Shown piece after piece: positions 37,247 to 45,803 of a DNA stretch of 64,000 nt. How positions within the stretch are numbered: the first letter of the stretch is position 1; each line of letters opens with the position of its first letter. This DNA comes from Acaryochloris marina MBIC11017 (GTDB taxonomy: Bacteria; Cyanobacteriota; Cyanobacteriia; Thermosynechococcales; Thermosynechococcaceae). Below the pieces are notes generated by a model. That model saw only the letters and a list, made by a program, of their open reading frames with translations. It searched no databases and was not told the origin of the DNA. The DNA lies in assembly GCF_000018105.1 (NCBI RefSeq), contig NC_009925.1:3790521-3854520 (forward strand), in the 5' to 3' direction. The position numbers were made by a program, and so were the translations under genes.

Positions 37247-37660
37247 CTAACCTAAGAGCTGTCGTCGCTGTTGTTCAAATTCGTAGTCGGTCACTAATCC
37301 CTCTTGGCGGAGGCTTTCGAGCTGGCGTAGTGACTCTGCGATCGCATTCATTTGTGCGGGTTCGAGGGTGGGTTGCGACGGTTGAGGCCAAGCCGGATTA
37401 AACGCTTGGTGGAACCGATCATCCCCCTGAGTTAAATAAATCACAGCATCGCATAAGCTCGCTACTCGGGTGAGAGTGGCGATGGGTAACGTTGCCCAAA
37501 AAATACCCGGCAGCAAATACACGAGACCCCAACGAGTCTGGCCCAGATAAAGCTTATGCAGACCGGGTAGGAGTAGACCTGCAAGGGCTAGGACAATGGC
37601 AACGATACGATTCTTGGGTCTCGGTAAGGCAAGACCCGCTTGAGTCGAGTCAAGAGTCAT
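37247..37660 (-). CDS. TM2-domain membrane protein with a C-terminal SHOCT domain
   Basis: The TM2 signature is LLPGLHKLYLGQTRWGLVYLLPGIF. The C-terminal segment LRQLESLRQEGLVTDYEFEQQRRQLL matches the SHOCT pattern. Confidence 0.55.
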   Translation of the reverse strand: MTLDSTQAGLALPRPKNRIVAIVLALAGLLLPGLHKLYLGQTRWGLVYLLPGIFWATLPIATLTRVASLCDAVIYLTQGDDRFHQAFNPAWPQPSQPTLEPAQMNAIAESLRQLESLRQEGLVTDYEFEQQRRQLLG

Positions 37661-38160
37661 CGGTCAAGAGAAAACACAACGGCTAGCTGAATGGATTAGT
37701 TCTAGCACATTGCTGGCGCTCCCGTGCAAGGAAAAAAGCGATCAGTCTCTTCCGTCAATAGAACGGTGGCTGATCTTAGGGAGATAGGCGATGAGCGAGT
37801 TTCTCCATCCACCGGACTGTTTTTTGCCAAGTATGGCTGGGAGAAGGCTTAACCCTGTAGGGCTGTCGTCGCTGACACCCTTGCAAGTTCTCTAGCATCC
37901 GGTGCAGATTCTGATCTTGTGCCGCCAGCTGATGGGTGAGGCAATGGGATTGGCGCTGGCAAGTTTGACAAAGCATAGTAGACAATCACTCCTACTCAAG
38001 GAAGTCGCGATGCCCTAGAAAGGCTCGAACATCGCAATGGAGAACGCTTTTGAGGAGTGAGGGAAACAATAAAAGGTTCATCAATTCTAGCCAAGACCTA
38101 CCCAAATGGCAGGCTTGCAATATTTCGTTTTATAAAGCAATATGAGACAGAGGCTGAATA

Positions 38161-38667
38161 TCAGTCTATGTAAGCGTGAGAGACAGAAACCACATATTGT
38201 TGAGCATTGCTGGTGTCGATCAGCACTTCCATAAGGTAAGCACCATCAGAAAAATCTGCGTATAGCAGTGATGCCATCTGTTTCCCTTGTTGTTGCAGGG
38301 GTGAATCAGAGAAAATTTGGCTATCCGTCTGGCGTCGCCATTGCTGAATTTTGCTGAAAGGTGCTTGCTGCTGCAAGGCCAGTAAGTCTTGGGGCTGAAT
38401 CGTTAACTCTGCTTGATAAGTAGGATTAAAGCCTGAAATGCATTGTTCTCGGAGAATACGGGCACTGGCAGGCCATTGAGTAATCTTTACTTTGGCGTCA
38501 AAGGTGTCACAAGGAACTGAGCCGCCTAAAGGGTTCCAACACCCTCCTAGTCCGATAACCAATACCCAAAATAGTTGGCTACATCGAGTTATTTGCAAGA
38601 GAGTGCTCCCCAGAGTCTTAACGCGTGTAATTTCAAAAGAATCATAGCTTTTTGACTCCCTTTTCAC
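38161..38667 (-). CDS. Hypothetical exported protein
   Basis: The ORF is open at 168 aa with an N-terminal hydrophobic signal-like segment (LFWVLVIGLGGCW). No family was recognised. Confidence 0.4.
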   Translation of the reverse strand: MKRESKSYDSFEITRVKTLGSTLLQITRCSQLFWVLVIGLGGCWNPLGGSVPCDTFDAKVKITQWPASARILREQCISGFNPTYQAELTIQPQDLLALQQQAPFSKIQQWRRQTDSQIFSDSPLQQQGKQMASLLYADFSDGAYLMEVLIDTSNAQQYVVSVSHAYID

Positions 38668-38884
38668 GATGAAGCTGCTGTTGCAGGACTTGAGACTATC
38701 TCATTCCGTACTGGTTTGAATATGGTCCATCACCCCCCAACTTTAGGGATTTTCAGTTAACTTTGATGGGGAGTGGCAGCGCCAAAGCTGGCCTATTCTG
38801 GAAGCGCCTATGCCCACCTAGCCGACTTATACCGGAGGAGGCAACATCCCTTACAGTGGAGACAGAACATTTCAGGTCAGAGTA

Positions 38885-39769
38885 GTGGTTGTTAAGCCCA
38901 ATTGGTTACGAGTGAAAGCCCCGCAATGGGAGCGTGTGGGCAATGTTAAAGACATTTTACGGGACCTACATCTGAATACGGTTTGTGAAGAAGCCTCCTG
39001 TCCCAATATTGGAGAGTGTTTCCACCACGGCACGGCGACGTTCTTAATTATGGGACCAGCCTGCACTCGGGCTTGCCCTTATTGTGATATCGATTTTGAG
39101 AAAAAGCCCGTAGCCCTTGACCCCACAGAACCCCATCGCTTAGCAGAAGCCGTGCGTCGGATGGGGCTCAATCATGTGGTGATTACCTCGGTCAATCGCG
39201 ATGATTTGCCTGATGGCGGAGCCTCACAGTTTGTTCGCTGTATAGAGCAGATCCGAATCCTGTCCTCCCAGACCACCATTGAAGTGTTGATTCCTGATTT
39301 ATGTGGCAACTGGGAAGCCCTAGAGACCATTCTGCAGGCGGCACCGGAAGTGATCAATCACAATACGGAAACCATACCGCGTCTGTATAAGCGGGTTCGC
39401 CCTCAAGGAGAGTATCAGCGGACGTTGGATTTGCTGATGCGATCACGCCAGCTCGCCCCTTGGATTTACACAAAATCCGGCATCATGGTGGGTCTAGGCG
39501 AAACAGATACTGAAGTGCGAGAGGTCATGGCTGATTTACGCCAAGTGGATTGCGATATTCTCACCATTGGCCAATATTTGCAGCCCACAGCGAAACACCT
39601 AGGTGTGCAAGATTTCGTCCATCCCGATCAATTTGCTACCTGGCAAGCCCTCGGGGAAGAGATGGGCTTTTTGCAGATTGTGTCCTCCCCCCTCACTCGC
39701 AGTTCCTATCATGCCGAGCAAGTCCAAGCCTTAATGGCAAAATATCCTCGTGCTAAACCTGAACTATAG
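38885..39769 (+). CDS. lipA: Lipoyl synthase (radical SAM)
   Basis: The N-terminal auxiliary-cluster motif is [12 protein letters not shown]. The radical-SAM motif is CTRACPYC. The start is [14 protein letters not shown] start is inferred. Confidence 0.9.
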   Translation: MVVKPNWLRVKAPQWERVGNVKDILRDLHLNTVCEEASCPNIGECFHHGTATFLIMGPACTRACPYCDIDFEKKPVALDPTEPHRLAEAVRRMGLNHVVITSVNRDDLPDGGASQFVRCIEQIRILSSQTTIEVLIPDLCGNWEALETILQAAPEVINHNTETIPRLYKRVRPQGEYQRTLDLLMRSRQLAPWIYTKSGIMVGLGETDTEVREVMADLRQVDCDILTIGQYLQPTAKHLGVQDFVHPDQFATWQALGEEMGFLQIVSSPLTRSSYHAEQVQALMAKYPRAKPEL

Positions 39770-39967
39770 TGACACTCTAGAAAGTGTCACCTTCTGGTAA
39801 AGGCCAGGACCTGCCAGTTTTTTATGCTGGGTGACAGAATTTCATACACTTTGTCTCCGCTAGCGAAGCTCAAAGCCCGTGTAATTTGAAGAGGTGTGTC
39901 TGCAAAAGGCATGCCTCTTTGATTTTTCTAACTTGACCCATAGGAAAATGACTAGAGGGTGGTATGA

Positions 39968-40957
39968 ATGGGGAATCCTGTTTATGCTGAACGGAGAATC
40001 TGGGCCATGCTTTCCTTAGCCTTAGTGTTGATCGTGGGTTTAGGCAGTGTAGGGCTGTATTTAACAGCCTACGTCTATCCAGAAATTCACCGCAAAACCG
40101 ATGTTTGGTGGAGCGGTACGGGACTTTTTTATGCCTTAATCCTGTTGATCTATCGCCGTCCTGTCGGCTTGTTGTTGGGCCATACAGCGAGTGTTTTCCT
40201 GCTGGTTTGGCTGAGTTATCAAGCCTTGCAGCGTCGCTGGGCTATGGTAGAGGCGAATCCAGCACAACCAGATCCAGGAACTTGGGGGGCTGATGCCCGA
40301 AAGATATCCGATCAGGCCATTGCCAAAATTACTAGCGTGAATTGGCAAGGATTATGGGAAAAGATGGGACAGCAGGCGGATGATGGAACGTCTGACAAGT
40401 CAATTTTGCCTCCGGCCATCAAACAGCGCCTAGACCTATCAGGCTTAGGTGAAAAACTAAAAGGCATGATGGGTGGCAAGCAGACTCCTGAGGTTGAGGC
40501 CCCCGCAGAGACTGTTCAGCCTACTGCTGTCAGTACGCCTGTAGATGCACCTGCCACAGAACCTCCTGCTGAACAAACCACTGAACCAATATCAGACACC
40601 ACAGTACAACCAGCGCCCATCGCTGAAACAGCTCCCCCGATTGAAGAACCTACTGCTCAGGTGTCCTCGAGTGAAGAACCAGTCGTTGACGCAACACCTG
40701 TGATTGAAGCACCCACTACAGTGCAAATGCCAGCTACTCCTAGTTCTGATGTCTCTACGAACAGTTCAGCCCAAGCAGCCGGAGAGACTGAACCTGCGGT
40801 GCAGACAGAGGTTGTGGCAGAATCTTCAAAAGCTGTAGAGCCCAATACCGATAAAGCTGACTTAACGGCTGAGTTAGATCAAGTCATTTCTGACCTCTCT
40901 CCAGATGGACAAGACACGACTCCGAATTTGCCTCAACCTCCTGATCCACTGGGATAA
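39968..40957 (+). CDS. Ycf66-like membrane protein with a long Pro/Thr/Glu/Ala-rich low-complexity C-terminal tail
   Basis: The N-terminus LALVLIVGLGSVGLYLTAYVYPEIHRKTDVWWSGTGLFYALILLIY resembles the conserved Ycf66 N-terminal domain. The C-terminal 180 aa are low complexity. The true start is probably the internal Met near 39998. Confidence 0.5.
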   Translation: MGNPVYAERRIWAMLSLALVLIVGLGSVGLYLTAYVYPEIHRKTDVWWSGTGLFYALILLIYRRPVGLLLGHTASVFLLVWLSYQALQRRWAMVEANPAQPDPGTWGADARKISDQAIAKITSVNWQGLWEKMGQQADDGTSDKSILPPAIKQRLDLSGLGEKLKGMMGGKQTPEVEAPAETVQPTAVSTPVDAPATEPPAEQTTEPISDTTVQPAPIAETAPPIEEPTAQVSSSEEPVVDATPVIEAPTTVQMPATPSSDVSTNSSAQAAGETEPAVQTEVVAESSKAVEPNTDKADLTAELDQVISDLSPDGQDTTPNLPQPPDPLG

Positions 40958-41050
40958 TGTGGGCAATTTATCCAACTCCCAAGTTGTAGTGCCATTACTA
41001 AGCAGTGATTGAGTTGTAGATTTTGCTGATTAAGGTCAGCGTTAAAGCTG

Positions 41051-41302
41051 ATGATATTTCCTGAAGACCCTAGCCGCGATGAGTTAATCAGAATTGTTCA
41101 ACTGATTATCGAGTCCAAGGGGACAGAGACAGAATTGGATCAGATGCTAGATTGGGTTGAAACCTATAGTCCTCACCCGAATGTGTCTGATCTGATCTTC
41201 TACCCCGAGGATAGTGACAGTCTTACAGCCGAGAATATCGTCGACAAGATATTCCAATATAGACCTATCATCACTTCTTCCTTCTCCACAGAAGCACTGT
41301 AA
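41051..41302 (+). CDS. Colicin/pyocin DNase-type immunity protein homologue (Im7/Im9 family)
   Basis: The segment DELIRIVQLIIESKGTETELDQMLDWVETYSPHPNVSDLIFYPEDSDSLTAENIVDKIFQYR aligns with Im9 (EAEFLQLVTTI...[28 protein letters not shown]...SPSGIVNTVKQWR). This includes the HP-x-x-SDLI[FY]YP core that contacts the DNase. The protein is 83 aa and acidic. Confidence 0.7.
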   Translation: MIFPEDPSRDELIRIVQLIIESKGTETELDQMLDWVETYSPHPNVSDLIFYPEDSDSLTAENIVDKIFQYRPIITSSFSTEAL

Positions 41303-41598
41303 TTCTGTGACAGTATGAAATGAAGTAAAACAAGTGTGGCTTCAACATATTTTTGTTTGAGAATGCCGATAGCTTCAATAGCAATGGAGAAATCTATACT
41401 GTAATGGCCCTAGTCTTCAAGCCCAGAGATTTATGAGGAAGTGTAAGGGATCGATTGGGGGAGAATACCTGGGAATCTCTGTTGATCCATAAGCTGAATA
41501 ATGCCATGATCGCTCAGCGCCAGAAGATATCGATGGCCCAGAAATTATAAGGTGCACGTTGTGATGTGCACGGTTAAATCTCAATAGATAACCCTGAA

Positions 41599-43404
41599 AT
41601 GAAAAAGTTCTTAAAGCAATTTCTCTATATACTAGCAGACCAGAAAATTATGCTATTGGTTTTGCTGGCTGCTGTTTTGGGAAATGCTGTTATAGAAACC
41701 TTAGGTATTGGCCTGATTGGACCTTTTATTGCCTTTGCAAGCGATCCAGAGCTAGTAGAAAAAACAATTGTAATTGGCCAAGTCTATGACTGGTTGAACT
41801 TTGAATCTAGGGAAAGGTTTATTGCATTTTTGGCTTTATTTATTATTATTATTTTTTATGTAAAGTCTTTTCTGAATTTTGTTATTCGTCGCTATATTTT
41901 TAACTTTGTATATCAGTACCAAGGTAAGCTGCGGATTCGGTTGTTAAGTGCGTATATGCAAATGCCATATACATTTCACTTAAAAAATAATTCCGCATTT
42001 ATGATTCAGAGCATTATGAATCATACAGTTAGCTTTTGTAATGGCATCTTACTAGAGCTGCTGAATTCATTTGTTAGCCTAACGATTATTACCTTTCTGA
42101 GTATATTGCTGATTTATACGAGCCCTATCGCAACCATTGTGATTGGACTGATTCTATTTGTTGTTTTTGCGATTATTCTGCGCTTAAAAAATACGCTTTC
42201 TCGTTGGGGCAAAACGATTGCCCAGTCTCAAGCTGAGATGATTCGAGTCGTTAACCATAGTCTAGGGTCTGTAAAAGAGACCAAAGTCATTGGGTGTGAG
42301 TCATTCTTCTTAGATCAACTAGATACCCAAGCTCAGTTATATTCCACTTCTCTCAGCGATTTCATGTCCTTCAATCAAATCCCGCGCATTACGATTGAAG
42401 CCATGATTATGACCTTTATTCTAGGTTTTATTTCTGTTTCGATCTTAACGAATCAGGACTTCCAAGGGCTGATTTCGACATTGGGTATCTTTGCGGTTGT
42501 ATCGATACGATTGATGCCTTTGGCAACACAACTCAGCAAAGGTTTGAGCGTTTTAAGAAGCTCAACATTTGTCTTGGAAAAACTGTATCACGACCTAAAA
42601 GAGCTAGAAAATCATCAGGCCCTCATAGCGCCTTCTGCAGATGTTGCGGCTCAGTTCAAACCAGCGAATGGTAGTTTGGAACCTTCTCATTTAGACTTTG
42701 AACAGGAGATTTTATTAGATAAAATCTCTTTCCAGTATGAAGGTGCTAAAAACCCGTCTCTCAATCAGATTCAACTTCGTATTAAGAAAGGAGAATCCAT
42801 CGCTCTGATTGGTAAATCAGGTGCAGGAAAAACGACCCTAGTAGATGTGCTCCTAGGCCTTCTGACGCCGACAGGGGGAGATATAAAAGTTGATGATCAA
42901 TCGGTTTACCAAGATTTGAGGGCTTGGCAGAATTTATTGGGTTATATTCCCCAATCTATCTTTTTGATTGATGACACCTTAGAGCGCAATATTGCCCTTG
43001 GGGTGCCCGATCACCTGATTGATGAGACTCGACTTAACCGTGCCATTGAATTAGCACAGCTATCTGAGCTCGTGAAGGAGCTACCCGATGGTGTGAATAC
43101 GAATCTAGGAGAGCGTGGAGCCAATTTGTCTGGTGGTCAACGACAACGGGTTGGGATTGCCAGAGCTTTGTATCATGAGCGGGAAATTTTGGTGTTGGAT
43201 GAAGCAACCTCTGCCCTTGATAATGAAACAGAGGCGCTGGTGTCAGAGGCGATTCGCTCTCTGAGTGACTCGAAGACGATGATTATCATTGCCCACCGTT
43301 TAACCACGGTGGAGCATTGTAATTGCATTCATCTGATGAAGAATGGTCAGATTATTCAATCTGGAACCTATGAAGAAGTGGTTTTGGCAGCTAATGAAGA
43401 ATAA
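41599..43404 (+). CDS. ABC exporter, fused transmembrane and ATP-binding domains (MsbA / type-I-secretion / peptide-exporter class) with no N-terminal peptidase domain
   Basis: There are six predicted TM helices in the first ~300 aa. The Walker A is GKSGAGKTTL. The ABC signature is LSGGQRQRVGIARAL. The Walker B is ILVLDEATSALD. The H-loop is IIIAHRL. The 5' half is conspicuously AT-rich. Confidence 0.9.
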   Translation: MKKFLKQFLYILADQKIMLLVLLAAVLGNAVIETLGIGLIGPFIAFASDPELVEKTIVIGQVYDWLNFESRERFIAFLALFIIIIFYVKSFLNFVIRRYIFNFVYQYQGKLRIRLLSAYMQMPYTFHLKNNSAFMIQSIMNHTVSFCNGILLELLNSFVSLTIITFLSILLIYTSPIATIVIGLILFVVFAIILRLKNTLSRWGKTIAQSQAEMIRVVNHSLGSVKETKVIGCESFFLDQLDTQAQLYSTSLSDFMSFNQIPRITIEAMIMTFILGFISVSILTNQDFQGLISTLGIFAVVSIRLMPLATQLSKGLSVLRSSTFVLEKLYHDLKELENHQALIAPSADVAAQFKPANGSLEPSHLDFEQEILLDKISFQYEGAKNPSLNQIQLRIKKGESIALIGKSGAGKTTLVDVLLGLLTPTGGDIKVDDQSVYQDLRAWQNLLGYIPQSIFLIDDTLERNIALGVPDHLIDETRLNRAIELAQLSELVKELPDGVNTNLGERGANLSGGQRQRVGIARALYHEREILVLDEATSALDNETEALVSEAIRSLSDSKTMIIIAHRLTTVEHCNCIHLMKNGQIIQSGTYEEVVLAANEE

Positions 43405-43421
43405 TGGGCTGCTTTTATCTC

Positions 43422-44414
43422 CTAACTGAGTTCTTTCTCTTTCCGTTCCAAGGCTTTAGGAGCAGTTTCTCTGCCAATTTGCCAGAGGGTTGCCGCTGCT
43501 TCATGGCGCTTGGCTGCTTGTTTGGGTTTAAAGGTGCCAATTTTGCCAAAAGCCCGCTCGATATTACTACCTTGGGGCCCTTTGGTGAACAAATCGTTGT
43601 AAATATAGCCTGAGTGTCGTTTGTCAATCTCGGCAATATCGCTAAATTTCCAGGCAGCTCGGAGCGAGGAGGCACTGACAGGTTTGATGCTCTTGCCCTT
43701 GTCTATGCCAACTTTGATGCTGATCATCTCTTCACGAGTAATGGGTTGATCGGGTTTGAAGGTTTTGTCGTCGTAACCCACGGAATAGCCCGCATTGGCT
43801 AGGGCTTGAACAACTTTAAACGCGGGATGTTTGGCATCAATATCTGTGAACTCTGGGTCGAAAGTAGGGGCCAAACGAATCTTTTGGGCGGGACGACTGA
43901 TGGCGTTATGGGCCTTGAATAGCCAGAGCATATATTCACCCCGAGAGATTGACTCGTAGGGCTGAAAGTTTTGATCGTCCGTTGCTTCTAATATCTCTAG
44001 CTTGATCAGATCGGCAATCAGCGGTTGCGTTGGCAAGTCGGCAATATCTTTGAAGGCGACAGCAGCGGGCTTGGTGGTTTCTGCCTCTGAAACAGGGGCA
44101 TTATCCGAGGTATCTTCAGGTGCCTTGGAGACGATCTCTGAGACGGGCTTGGCTTCTTTGAGGGGATCTGAGCCTAGGCCAATTTCGTCTTGTTGCTCTT
44201 TGAGGGTTTTATTCTCAGCCTCTAGATCTTGTAATTTGGACTTTAACTCAGCCACTTCATCGGTTGTTTGGGTGGAGTCCTGATTGGCCTGATTACATCC
44301 ACCAATCAATAGCCAACTACTGAGAAGAGATAGACTCAACAAGGAACGAAAGACAGGTTTCTTGGTAACAATCTTCATGGGGAGATAAGCTTCAACGGAA
44401 TAAGGAAGGGACAC
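43422..44414 (-). CDS. Exported protein with a coiled-coil and an SLH-like (S-layer homology) domain
   Basis: It has an N-terminal signal/TM and a lipobox-like LIGGCNQ. A coiled coil follows (LKSKLQDLEAENKTLKEQQ). The segment FKDIADLPTQPLIADLIKLEILEATDDQNFQPYESISRGEYMLWL fits the SLH motif. Confidence 0.5.
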   Translation of the reverse strand: MSLPYSVEAYLPMKIVTKKPVFRSLLSLSLLSSWLLIGGCNQANQDSTQTTDEVAELKSKLQDLEAENKTLKEQQDEIGLGSDPLKEAKPVSEIVSKAPEDTSDNAPVSEAETTKPAAVAFKDIADLPTQPLIADLIKLEILEATDDQNFQPYESISRGEYMLWLFKAHNAISRPAQKIRLAPTFDPEFTDIDAKHPAFKVVQALANAGYSVGYDDKTFKPDQPITREEMISIKVGIDKGKSIKPVSASSLRAAWKFSDIAEIDKRHSGYIYNDLFTKGPQGSNIERAFGKIGTFKPKQAAKRHEAAATLWQIGRETAPKALERKEKELS

Positions 44415-44572
44415 AATTTTGATGTTGTGATGCTAGCTGCAAGAAAAGGCTGACTAAACTTTATGCTGCCCATCAACGATCAAATGCCTCCCACTGTTTT
44501 ATACCTAAAATACTTTTTTGAGGGTGATCACTCTCACCCTTATCCGCAATACCTAAGACCAGGACAACGACT

Positions 44573-45790
44573 TTGACCCATCCGGACTCATTTAACCCCA
44601 TTCTTTTTCAACGGATTGCCAACCGCATTCATGAGACACCTCACCAGCGGATCACCTTTGCTGAGTTTATGGAGCTGGCTTTGTACGACCCTGAGCAAGG
44701 CTACTATGCGACGAACCAGGTCCAAATCGGAGTGGCAGGGGATTTCTTTACTTCTCCTCATTTGTGTCCCGATTTTGGAGAATTGCTGGCTGAACAATTT
44801 CTAGATATGTGGCGGGTGATGGGGCAGCCGGAGCCGTTTACGTTGGTTGAAATGGGGGCCGGTCAAGGTTTGGTGGCGGCGGATGTACTGAAATACCTGG
44901 CAACCCGAAAACAGTCTGCAGAGGCATCTGATGACTATGCTGCTTTTTGGACCGCTTTACGTTACCTCATTGTGGAAAAAGCAGAAGGTTTAATCGCAGC
45001 ACAACAGCGCTTGTTGCAGCCTTTTCAGTTTTCGCCTGACAAAGTGCAATGGATGGGGTTTGAGCAGCTACCTAAGACGGGGATAGTGGGCTGCTTCTTT
45101 TCTAATGAACTGGTGGATGCGCTACCAGTTCACCAATTTGTTGTCCAGGATGGCGCTTTGCAGGAAGTGTTTGTGACCGTTGATGCGGAGTCACGGTCTT
45201 TTACTGAGGTGATTTCAAACCCATCGACGGGCCGCTTGGCAGAATATTTAGTTGAGCAAGGCATCGATATTGGCGCAGGGTATGAAGACGGATATCGCAG
45301 TGAGATTAATTTAGCGGCACTGGATTGGTTAGAGACGGTCTCTCAAAAGCTAGACCGGGGATATGTACTGACGATTGATTATGGCTACTTAGCGCCGCAA
45401 TACTACAGCCCGCAGCGGCTACAGGGCACACTGCAATGCTTTCGACGGCATGGTGCCCATCAAGATCCCTATGCTTATCTTGGGCATCAAGATATTACGG
45501 CTCATGTGAACTTTACGACCCTAAAAAAGCAGGGTTTAGCCCTAGGGTTAACGTCAATGGGCTATACCCAACAAGGGTTGTTTTTAATGGCGTTGGGCCT
45601 GGGCGATCGCTTAGTTGCCAATAACAATACGAGTGATATCTCTCAATTGAATGAGGTGATTCGGCGACGGGAAACTCTTCAGTCTTTAATCAACCCTTTA
45701 GGGTTAGGCGGTTTTCAAGTCCTGATTCAAGGGAAAGGCTTGAACGAGAAAGAACAAAGCCAGGTATTGAAGGGCTTACAGATGCCTTGA
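44573..45790 (+). CDS. MidA/NDUFAF7-family (DUF185) class I SAM-dependent methyltransferase
   Basis: The hallmark N-terminal region is FAEFMELALYDPEQGYY...DFFTSPHLCPDFGELLAEQ. The SAM-binding site is LVEMGAGQGLVAADVL. Confidence 0.75.
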   Translation: MTHPDSFNPILFQRIANRIHETPHQRITFAEFMELALYDPEQGYYATNQVQIGVAGDFFTSPHLCPDFGELLAEQFLDMWRVMGQPEPFTLVEMGAGQGLVAADVLKYLATRKQSAEASDDYAAFWTALRYLIVEKAEGLIAAQQRLLQPFQFSPDKVQWMGFEQLPKTGIVGCFFSNELVDALPVHQFVVQDGALQEVFVTVDAESRSFTEVISNPSTGRLAEYLVEQGIDIGAGYEDGYRSEINLAALDWLETVSQKLDRGYVLTIDYGYLAPQYYSPQRLQGTLQCFRRHGAHQDPYAYLGHQDITAHVNFTTLKKQGLALGLTSMGYTQQGLFLMALGLGDRLVANNNTSDISQLNEVIRRRETLQSLINPLGLGGFQVLIQGKGLNEKEQSQVLKGLQMP

Positions 45791-45803
45791 TGCGCCAGGA
45801 AGA

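Noticed and set aside
37776-37985. 69-aa minus-strand ORF
   Set aside because: It is short, Cys/His/Gln-rich with no motif, and sits in an intergenic region between two better-supported genes. It has no RBS.
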